NCBI RefSeq assembly: GCF_009914755.1
Contig: NC_060925.1
Source of the DNA: the human T2T-CHM13v2.0 reference genome, Homo sapiens
Length of the DNA stretch: 64,000 nucleotides
Direction: 5' to 3' (one strand)
Within the stretch, counting starts at the first letter, position 1. Each line of letters opens with the position of its first letter. The position numbers were made by a program, and so were the translations under genes. Under the pieces are notes generated by a model. It searched no databases, was not told the origin of the DNA, and saw only the letters and a list, made by a program, of their open reading frames with translations. Shown here in pieces: positions 1-10,625 of this stretch.

Positions 1-10
1 CCTTGTCTAG

Positions 11-2687
11 ACCCTGGCTGCCAGCCTCTGGGAGACCCAGGAGATGCTCCAAGCCCTGGAGAGAGGAGTATAGGAGGCACAGGAGCCGGCTGGAGCAGAG
101 GCTGGGGGATGTAGCCCAGAGCACCTTGGAGGTGGAGAGGGCGCTGGGCCAGGTGAGCTGCTCTCCCAGGCTCTGCAGCTACGGCTGGACGGGAGCCAGC
201 GGGAGCTGAGACAGGTGAAAGAGAGTATGGCAGAGCTGACAAGTGGAGGCTCTGGGGTGTAGCAGCTGGAGAACATCTGGTGAGAACAGGGGTGGTCAGT
301 CGGACTGCATGGGGAGTCAGAAGGGTAGCCCTGCCCTGTGGGGAGGCTTTGGGTACTTCACTTAGCCACCCTGAGCCTTCGGCTTTCCTTAAATGAGATG
401 AGATGCTGTCCTGCCTGCTTTGCAAGGTTGTGAGGATGAACGTGCTTCAAGCACTCCTAATACTGGGTGATGTATAACTGGCTCCTGCTGGGTCTCCTTC
501 GTTGTCCTGCTGATGCTGGCGAATGTCAGCAGGCCCCTGGGTTTTGTAGGGAGGAGTATTGATGGGGCACAGGAGACCCTGCTGTCTCACTTCTTCCGTT
601 GTGGATGTTTTCTGAGCCCCGAAGCCTCAGGGTTTCCCAAGCATTATTCTCATTAATGTATCCATTCCCTCATCCACTAGTTATGGAGTGCTTACTATGT
701 GCCAGGTATCATCTGGGTGCTAAGGGAACACAATATGGCCTAGAGTTGCCCCCAGTTTAGGAGACACTGGCCAGTGGCCAGGCAGTTGCATTATTAGCAG
801 GTAAGTCCTAGCTTAGATAAGCACAGGGTGCCATGGGGGTGCTTCAGTGGGATACCCAACTCAGCCTAGAGGAATCAAGGAAGGCTTCATGGTGGAGGTG
901 GCACCTGAGCAGTGTCCCAAAGGACAAATCAGAAATTAGAGCATCATAAAGGCAAGGAGGAAGTTCAAGATAGAGGAGCCATTGAGAAGTGGTTGCTCTG
1001 GGAGAGAAGGAGGTAAAGTTCATGGCTCTTTGTCGATTGGCTGTCAGCTGAGAGGGGCAGTGGTGCCACGCCCTGAGAGATGGGAAAGGTAGAGATGAGC
1101 TCATTTTAAACACAGCATGTTGACTGGTGGGAAGTCGGGTTGTGGGATTGGGGTTGGAGATGTGCATTTGGGAGACATCACCATCCCTTTAGTTAGGAGC
1201 ACGTGGGAGGGGTTGAGGTTGCCCTGGGATAGGTGCCAACTGAGAATAGGGGTGAGCTGATGGGGGGCTCCAAGGTGGACAGAGGGTTCAGAAGCAGCCC
1301 GGGGCCAAGCAGCAAGGCTGGTGGGAGGGACACCCATAGAGTGCCAAGGTGGGAGGATCTGCAGAACTGAGTGAGACGTTCTGGGCAGAGAAGGATGCAC
1401 ATAAGCCAAGGCGTGGGGTGATGGTGCTGCCTCCTTGGGGCACTGGAGACTCTGCCCACAGCGGCAGACCTTGGGAGGAAGTGGCTGCTCGTGGGCCCAG
1501 CTCATGGAGCCCCATGCCCTCCAGCTCCCAGGCCCCTGCTACAGAAGCTGTAGGCCAAGAAGCTGACCCAGGAGCAGCAGACACAGCTTGCCCCGCAGGG
1601 CCACTGGGAGCAGAGTGCAGAACCGGGCAGCAGGGCCACCATCCTGGAGACCTCTCCACTGCCCTGTGTGGTGACTGACCCGGATTGGGGGTGCTGCTGG
1701 GATGTAGAGACAGGGCAGGGATGGTGAGGAAGCCAGGCAGGGAGAGAAGTCTGAAGGGGCTGAGGGAGGGGAACAGCGGCAGGCAGCCAATTTCTCATGG
1801 CCACTTCATCACCCACACCACATTGTCCTCATCTGTCGAATGAGGTAATAATACCTGTATCTTGGAGTTGTTGGGATTAAATGAGGAAACATGTGTGGGA
1901 AGAGCTTAGCACCTAGCAGGTATTCAATTGCTGTCAGGCTACTAATAGGCTATTAGTATTAGGCTATTTCTAATAGCAGTAATAACAGGCTTCAATGCCA
2001 GGTTGCTAGGAATTTAAATTCCCCAGGGAGCAAGACGTTGGTCCTGGAGAACAGAACCCAAGGGGGAGGAGGGCTCTGCTCCTGTCTCTTGCCTGGAGGA
2101 ATCCAGTCCTTCAGTCCTACCCTACCCCCTAATCAACAGCACTGTGTCTCAAAGGACCCAACTATGTTGGGAGGTGGGTCAGGGACTCTCCTGCCTCCAT
2201 GGGGACTCTTCCTGTAGCACCCAGGACCACAGACAGTGCAAGAACCCTGGGCCAGGACACCTGGCCTCCGACCTCAGCTTTGAGAGGCTGGCAAGTCCCT
2301 GCCTCATTTGTGCCTCTGTTCACTTCTCTGTGCATGAGAAGGCTGGCCTAGGTGACTCCCAGGCTTCCTTCCTGCTTGTCCTGTGCTTCTGACACCCTCT
2401 GGCCACAGTGGGGCTGGGCCTCCTCCCTCCTCCTGGCATTCTACGTGTGTCCACTCCCCAGGTTTGCACTCTGCTGCCCAGGGGAGGAGAGCACGGCCTG
2501 GGCTGGGGCCGGGGGCAGTGTGTCAGGCACCTTCCCAGGATGCCTGTGATGTGGATAACAGCGGGCTAAAGCCAGGGCTGGAGAAGGACCCCAAGCAGCA
2601 GCCTCTCCCCTCCTCTATGGGAGGCAGGAGAGGCAGAGCTTCTGTCTTTAGGTGGACAGGAGGTGCAGGGATACAAAATGTGTGAAA
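11..2687 (+). pseudogene. Candidate decayed coiled-coil gene: exon relics 11-152, 1525-1670, 2652-2687
   Basis: Each segment is bounded by AG/GT and ends in phase 0. Heptad Leu periodicity continues across a frameshift and an exon junction. One nonsense codon (TAG 1551). Confidence 0.6.
650..1250 (-). mobile_element. L2 fragment
   Basis: tggagtgcttactatgtgccagg...aggaatcaaggaaggcttcatggtggaggtggcacctgagc. Confidence 0.65.
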
Positions 2688-3959
2688 GTAAGTGTGGGGC
2701 CAGATGCCATGAGCAGGTGGCGATGGACAGTTACAGCAGGCTGCACACTGAAGTGCTTAGGCATTTGGAGCATCTGCTGCATGCCATGTGCAGCACCGGA
2801 CCCAGGGTACAGCAACATGCTCCCTGTGAGGCTTCCCAGAGGGCTGACTGTACCAGTCAAACTAGTACCTAGTCCATAGAAAGTGCTGGGTGCTGTGGGG
2901 CCATATAACACGGGGACCTGAGCAGGCCTGGACTGAGGCCTGGCGGGGCAGAGGCTTCCAGGCTAAGCGGTGAGGGGACAGCATTCCAGCGCGGAGAGGA
3001 CCATGCAGTGGGAGGCCCGGGAGAGCACCTCTGACAGCCAGAAAGAAGCCCGCGGGGACTGGAGTCCATGGTGCATGGGGAGTGAGAGGAGGGCTTTGAA
3101 GGCTGCCTTCCAAGGCGAAGCCAGGGGCTTTAAGGAATTGTCAGAGGTGCTTCCTGGAAGGAGGAGAGGTGGGGCACAAAGGAGTTGGAGCCTTGACCTG
3201 CAGTCTGTGAGGGCCCATTTCAGACACCACAGTCAGAACTCAGGGTTTCATTTAATACTTTCCTGTGGGAGCTGCAGCCGCTCAGCCAAGCCCAGCCAAG
3301 CCCAGCCCAGCCCAGCCCTGCAGGCAGCAGCCTGGACCTCTGAGCCCAGGGCCCAGTTCCAGCTCGGGAATGCATGGGATTGCCTGGTCTGATTCCCCCA
3401 GGGTAGAGAAGGCCCGGACAGAGAAAGGGCCTTGCCCTGAGTCCCACGGTGAGTTAGTGCCAGAGCTGGGCTTAAAAACCAAACTCCTAATTTACATTCT
3501 TTCCACTCTCCCCATCCAAGGCTAGCACTTGTCCTGGGATTGAGGCTGTGGACTCCACCAGCCTCTGCTGGGGGAAGCTCTGGGGTTCCTGGATGCGTGG
3601 TTCAATGCAGTGTCATGTTTACTAGTTGCGTAGCCTTGGGTAAGTGACTTAACATCTGGAGGCCAGCTCCTCATCAGTAAAATGGAGATAATAGTAGACC
3701 CTCCCCCAGAGCACTGTGCGGGTTCAAGGTCACTCCGCATCATGGTGCTGCTGTTATTTCCAGATCTCTTCTCACACCCCTGGTGGAGGTTAGCATGGCG
3801 TGGCTCTCCAGCACACCCAAGGAGCAGCTGTGAACACTGTGGCTGAATCAGTGAGGGCCAGCAACATAATGGCCAGAAGCCCCAGGGAGAGCAAAGCAGG
3901 GGTTGAGTGGGTGAACAGAGCTGGAGGGAGCAGGAGAGGCCTGGACCCCTTCCCAAGTC

Positions 3960-6900
3960 CCTGGGGTCAGCCTGCCATCCCAGACATGACCACCAGGTGG
4001 CACCACAGGCTTTGCGGCGGGGCCGGAGCCTGGGAGAGGACAGTGGGCCCTTTGAGACCTCTGGGGACAACCTGGGGCAGGGAACAGGTGAGTGGGGTGG
4101 AAAGTGGGCTGGAGCTGGAGTGGTGGGCGCCGGCAGGCCATGTCTCTCTGGGAAAGACGGCATGCTGTCCCCAGGAGGCCTGCACCTGGCCCCGGGTGAG
4201 GGGTGCCTCCTTCTTCCCCTCCTCAGTGTCCTCCATGGTCCTCAGCCCGGGGTCTTCTGGGTCTTCTGGAGGTCAGGACTCAGGCTCTGGGTATCACAGA
4301 GGGTCTGCATAGTGGAGGTCGGTGGGGCGGGCCCTGGGAAGCCCCGGGGTGTGTGTGAGGGAGGGGCTAACTGGCCCTCGGTGCCCCAGCCTGGCGCCAC
4401 CCTCTCTCTCCTGTGCACCCGGCCCGTTTGGCCTCCTCACCCCACTCCCCACACCCGCCACCGAGCAGCAGCCCCTCTTTCCGCTTCCTTCCCTCACGGA
4501 TGATGGCGGGATTCTAGACTCCCTCCTCCTCCGCCCCTGCGGGACCCTGGGGACAGAGCAGGTGGAACAGAGGCCGGGCCCACACATCAGACTTCACCTC
4601 TTCTTCCCTGGGTCCACAGCTGGGGTTCTCTCTGAGAGTCAAGGAGAGCATGGCAGCTCCCTCAGGACCTGTCTTAGATGACCTGGACAGGACCGCAGAG
4701 TGTCCCATCAAGGTACAGGAGCTGGAACAGAGGACACTGAGGCCAGGAGCCGGCACTGGGCTCTCTGGCAAGACATGCTCCTTGGAAGATGGCGTCGGAC
4801 CCTTTCCCTCCACCCTGCAGCCCTTGGCAGGGGAGCCCGTGGGGGTAGCCAGGAGAGAGGAGAGCGGCCTCAGGGGCGCGGCCTTGGCTGCTGACAGCAC
4901 TGTCGCACTCCTAGGACATGTGTCCTGGGTGAGGCGCCTGGGATATGGGGCACAGGCTCAGTGAGAGGCCCCGAGGGAAGGGACAGGCTCTCTCCTCAGC
5001 AGTTGGCTGCCGCTGATGCTGAAGAAGCCGCCAGGCTGGAAGGGGCTGGAATCCAGTTACTGGGGAGGGCTCCTCCGAGCCCTAAGTGATGGAGTGAGAT
5101 GGAGTGATCAAAGAGTGATGGAGTGAGATGGAATGATGGAGTGTTAGAGTGAGTTGGAGTGATCGAGGAGTGATGGAGTGAGATGGAGTGATGGAGTGAG
5201 ATGGAGTGATGGAGTGATGGAGTCAGATAGAGTGATGGAGTAATGGAGTAAGATGGAGTGTGGAGTGATGGAGTGAGATGGAGTGAGATGGAATGATGGA
5301 GTGAGATAGAGTGATGGAGTGATGGAGTGCTGGAGTGAGATGGAGCGATGGAGTGATGGACTGAGATGGAGTGATGGACTGAGATGGAGTGATGGAGTGA
5401 TGCAGTGAGATGGAGTGATGGAGTGACGGAGTGAGATGGAGTGATGGAGTGAGAGAGTGAGATGGAGTGATGGAGTGAGATGGAGTGATGGAGCGAGATG
5501 GAGTGATGGAGTGAGATAGAGTGAGGGAGTGATGAAGTGAGATGGAGTGATGGAGTGAGATGGAGTGATGGAGTGAGATGGAGTGATGGAGTCAGATGGA
5601 GTGATGGAGTGAGATGGAGTGATGGAGTGAGATAGAGTGATGGACTGATGGAGTGATGGAGTGAGATGGAGTGATGGAGTGAGGTGGAGTGATGGAGTGA
5701 TGGAGTGAGATGGAGTGATGGAGTGATGGAGGGATGGAGTGAGATGGAGTGATGGAGTGATGCAGTGATGGAGTGAGATGGAGTGATGGAGTGATGGAGT
5801 GACGGAGTGAGATGGAGTGATGGAGTGACGGAGTGAGATGGAGTGATGGAGTGATGGAGTGAGATGGAGTGATGGAGTGATGGAGTGAGACAGAGTGATG
5901 GAGTGATGGAGTGAGATGGAGTGATGGAGTGACGGAGTGAGATGGAGTGATGGAGTGACAGAGTGAGATGGAATGATGGAGTGAGATGGAGTGATGGAGT
6001 GAGATGGAGTGATGGAGTGATGGAGTGAGACAGAGTGATGGAGTGATGGAGTGAGATGGAGTGATGGAGTGACGGAGTGAGATGGAATGATGGAGTGAGA
6101 TGGAGTGATGGAGTGATGGAATGAGATGGAGTGATGGAGTGAGATGGAATGATGGATTGACGGAGTGATGGAGTGAGATGGAGTGATGGAGTGATGGAGG
6201 GATGGAGTGAGATGGAGTGATGGAGTGATGAAGTGATTGAGTGAGATGGAGTGATGGAGTGAAATGGAGTGATGGAGTGAGATAGAGTGATGGATTGATG
6301 GAGTGATGGAGTGAGATGGAGTGATGGAGTGATGAAGTGAGATGGAGTGATGGAGTGATGGAGTGAGATGGAGTGATGGAGTGATGAAGTGAGATGGAGT
6401 GATGGAGTGAGATGGAGTGATGGAGTGAGATAGAGTGATGGATTGATGAAATGATGGAGTGATGGAGTGAGACAGAGTGATGGAGTGATGGAGTGAGGTG
6501 GAGTGATGGAGTGATGGAGTGAGATGGAGTGATGGAGTGAGATGGAGTGATGGAGTGATGAAGTGAGATGGAGTGACGGAGTGAGATGGAGTGATGGAGT
6601 GAGATGGAGTGATGGAGTGAGATACAGTGATGGATTGATGGAGTGATGGAGTGAGATGGAGTGATGGAGTGAGGTGGAGTGATGGAGTGATGGAGTGAGA
6701 TGGAGTGATGGAGTGAGATGGAGTGATGGAGTGAGGTGGAGTGATGGAATGAGGTGGAGTGATGGAGTGAGGTGGAGTGATGGAGTGATGGAGTGAGATG
6801 GAGTGATGGAGTGAGATGGAGTGATGGAGTGAGATGGAGTGATGAAGTGAGGTGGAGTGATGGAGTGATGGAGTCAGATGGAATGATGGAGTGAGATGGA

Positions 6901-9900
6901 GTGCTGGATTGATGGAGTGATGGAGTGATGGAGTCAGATGGAATGATGGAGTGAGATGGAGTGCTGGATTGATGGAGTGATGGAGTGAGATGGAGTGATG
7001 GAGTGATGAAGTGAGATGGAGTGATGCAGTGAGATGGGGTGATGGAGTGATGGAGTGCGTTGGAGAGATGGAGTTGGAGTAATGGAGTGAGATGGAGTGA
7101 TGGAGTGAGAGTGAGTGATGGAGTGATGGAGAGAGATGGAGCGATGGAGTGAGATGAAATAATGGAGTGATGGAATGAGATGGACTGATGGAGTGAGATG
7201 GAATGATGGAGTGATGCAGTGAGATGGAGTGATGGAGTCAGGTGGAGCATTGGAGTGAGATGGAGTGATGAAGTGAAATGGAGTGAGATGGAGTGATGTA
7301 GTGAGATGGAGTGATGAAGTAAGATGGAGTGATGGAGTGAGATGGAGTGATGGAGTGAGATGGAGTGATGAAGTAAGATGGAGTGATGGAGTGAGATGGA
7401 GTGATGGAGTGATGGAGTGAGATGGAGTGATGGAGTGAGATGGAGTGATGGAGTGAGATGGAGTGATGGAGTGATGGAGTGAGATGGAGTGATGGAGTGA
7501 GATGGAGTGATGGAGTCAGATGGAGTGATGGAGTGATGGAGTGAGATGGAGTGATGGAGTGAGATGGAGTGATGGAGTGATGTAGTGAGATGGAGTGATG
7601 GAGTGAGATGGAGTGATGGAGTGAGATGGAGTGATGGAGTGATGGAGTGAGATGGAGTGATGGAGTGATGGAGTGAGATGGAGTGATGGAATGAGATGGA
7701 GTGATGGAGTGAGATGGAGTGATGGAGTGATGGAGTGAGATGGAGTGATGGAGTGTCATGGAGTGATGGAGTGGCATGGAGTGATGGAGGGATGGAGTGA
7801 GATGGAGTGATGGAGTGAGATGGAGTGATGGAGTGAGATGAACTGATGGAGTGAGACGGAGTGATGGAGTGAGATGGAGTGATGGAGTGACATGGAGTGA
7901 TGGAGTGATGGAGTGAGATGGAGTGACATGGAGTGATGGAGTGATGGAGTGAGATGGAGTGATGGAATGACATGGAGTGATGGAGTGATGGAGTGAGATG
8001 GAGTGATGGAGTGACATGGAATGATGGAGTGATGGAGTGAGATGGAGTGATGGAGTGATGGAGTGAGATGGAGTGATGGAGTGAGATGGAGTGATGGAGT
8101 GAGATGGAGTAATGGAGTGATGGAGTGAAATGGAGTGATGGAGTAATGGAGTGAGATGGAGTGATGGAGTGAAATGGAGTGATGGAGTAATGGAGTGAGA
8201 TGGAGTGATGGAGTGATGGAGTGAGATGGAGTGATGGAGTGAGATGGAGTGATGGAGTGAGATGGAGTAATGGAGTGATGAAGTGAGATGGAGTGATGAA
8301 GTGATGGAGTGAGATGGAGTGATGAAGTGAGATGGAGTGATGAAGTGATGGAGTGAGATGGAGTGATGGAGTGATGGAGTGAGATGGAGTGAGATGGAGT
8401 GATGGAGTGAGATGGAGTGATGGAGTGATTGTCTCACCCCCTCAGGCTGCTGCCTGCTGTCTCCAACCTCCACTTTTGGGGAGTAGGGTGCCCTGCAAAG
8501 CCCGGAACCCTACAGCTAAGGCCAAGCCCTGCTAGCCTGCACTCTCACCCCCAATGGTTCTCTGTGGAGCTCCCGTCCCTGTGTGGACATCCCCCTTTAC
8601 CCAGGAAGCTCAGCCCTGTCCCTCTGTTCCCCTCCTCTTCTCAACCCATGAGTGATTCACAGCCCCAGGGGCCTGTTCCCCGCTCTTGAGGTCTCTAGAG
8701 CACCCTCGTAGCTAATGGCTGGGCTGTGGAGGAGACACATCCTAAGGCAGAAGCCCACCCTCCTCGGCCACTTCCCTGTTCTGAGGGCCACTCGTATATT
8801 GGCTGAGGAGCAGTTCTACCGTCCACAGCGCAGTGGACTTTGGGCGCCTCCACCTGGTGCTGAGTGCGCACGACCGCTCTGCTGTCCCATTCATCTCTGA
8901 TGTTGGCTTCAGCCGGTGCAGCCCACTCGTAGCCCAAAAGCTGGAAAAACGTGTGTGTTGGCCTGGGAGCAGTGGGCACTGGGCGAGGTGTCAGGGCAGA
9001 GCTGGAGGGAGGCAGGGCTGCAGTGGGGGGCAGTGGAGGTGGCATGGCACTGCACAGCACAAAGATGGCCCTAGAGGCTCCAGGCCAACCCTCTCCTGTT
9101 TCTAGACTTGCTGCTCCCTGACACTGGGAAGAGGAAAGGCCCCCAGTTCTGCTGACCTTACCGTTTTCAAACTCCTTCCTGACAATTGGAGGAGGGTTTT
9201 ATTTTTTTAATGATTAAAAAAAAAATCAGTGAGTTGGTTCATATTGGCTCAACCTGGCAGTATCACGGGCACTGCCGAATCCTGAGCAGCCCCAAGAGCT
9301 GGGGACTGCCTTGGGCCACTCTGCTCCTTCTCTGGTGGCTTTCCCCCTAGAGGTCGACAGCGTGAGCCTCCCTCCTGGAGCTGGGGGAGGCTGGGCTTGG
9401 GAACGTTACCAGGACAGCTCAGCAGGGGAAGATGGCAGGGGCCAGTCATGCCTCGTCATGGCAGTTACAAGGTTAGGGAGGGCAGAAGGCGAGTTTGGCC
9501 AGGGAGGCCTGGGTGGGGGAGCTCTCACCTGTTACAGGTAAGAGGGGTGTGGCCTGGTTGTTTGGGGGCTGCGGTGGCGGATCCGCCCCTCCCCCAGGCC
9601 TGGCCTCGCCCAGAGAGCCGCCCTCTTCCGGGAACCTCCTGCTCCGGAGCCAGGAAGGGCTGCCCTTTCCCCACCAGGAGGCCAGGCACGAGCTCCACCA
9701 GGGTGTGGACCCCCAGGGAAAGTGCGCCAGGTGCCTGGGATGCTCAATGGGGGACTTGTTCCAGGACTGGGAGGCTGGCGGGGTGGGGGCTGCTGCTTCC
9801 CTGGAGCAGCACCTGTCCCCCACCCCCACCTCCCGCGTCAGTGGAGCTGTTGGCGCTTGCACCCGGCTTCCCAAGCGATGAGACACGGCTCCCAGCCAGC

Positions 9901-10400
9901 CGCCCCAAGCCGCTGGCGGCTCACATCCTGTCATCTGGGGCAGCTCCGCAGAGTGCTCCCAGAGCCCCTCTCTGCAAATGGCCTGTGCCTGCCCCAATTT
10001 CCCTCTGCAAGAGGGAGGCCCGTTGGTGGACTGGAGGGAAATGAAGCTGCGGGCGGACAGATCCTCCTCCACCAAGTCAGGGGCGTATTCTCCCAGCCTC
10101 TTCCCCAGACCCTGAGGGTGTGGCTGAGGACGGGAAAGGGACCAAGAGCTAACTGGCCTGCGCCCAGCCTGGGGGCAGGTCTTGGTGTGTCCTCCAGCCT
10201 GGAGAGAGGCCTGTGCGGAGGGAGGGTTCTGGCAAAAATGTGCACACGCAGATGGGTTCTGGCAAAAATGTGCACACGTCTGACCTGAGCTTCCTGACAC
10301 AGAACCCATCCGGGCACCCCCGGGGGCCGCTGCTGGGACGGGCAGCCACACCCATCTCTCCGTGGTGTGATGGAGTCCTTTCTTTGCCTTTGTGCAGGAG
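3960..10400 (-). pseudogene. Possible decayed multi-exon gene (relic exons ~10400-9529, 8940-8759, 5081-~3960)
   Basis: Minus-strand splice signals, patches of high-GC3 codon-like sequence and elevated CpG. Reading frame ambiguous; no recognisable domain. Confidence 0.35.
5086..8429. repeat. ~3.3-kb complex satellite/VNTR of interspersed GATGGAGT (8-mer) and GAGATGGAGT (10-mer) units
   Basis: Directly visible. Plus strand nearly C-free; variant units (GGAAT, GAAGT, GACGG, GGATT) mark internal block duplications. Confidence 0.98.
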
Positions 10401-10479
10401 GCACATACCTACCTGGTGGTCCCCACTCAAATCTTTCTCCTTCCTAGTGTCTCCCTCAGGTGATTTTTTAAGTCATTGA

Positions 10480-10625
10480 TGTTACATTTTACATACAATA
10501 AAATGCTCAGACTGTAAGTGTATATCTTGATGAATTTTGATGAATGTATAAAATTCAAAATACAGCACATTCCCATACCCTGAAAGTCTTTCTCTGTAAA
10601 TAGTGACTTGTGTTACAATCACCTT
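10480..10625 (-). mobile_element. Old L1 (L1M) 3' fragment
   Basis: tacatacaataaaatgc...taagtgta...tgatgaattttga resembles the reverse complement of old L1 3' UTRs. Confidence 0.55.

Noticed and set aside
5086-8429. Possible CRISPR-like array
   Set aside because: No unique spacers; a pure tandem array of 8/10-mers in mammalian DNA with no cas genes.
5592-8473. 793-aa and 411-aa His/Ser/Ile/Thr/Pro-rich minus-strand ORFs
   Set aside because: They are translations of the satellite. Its minus strand has almost no G, so TAG/TGA rarely form and long ORFs are expected. There is no independent evidence of coding.
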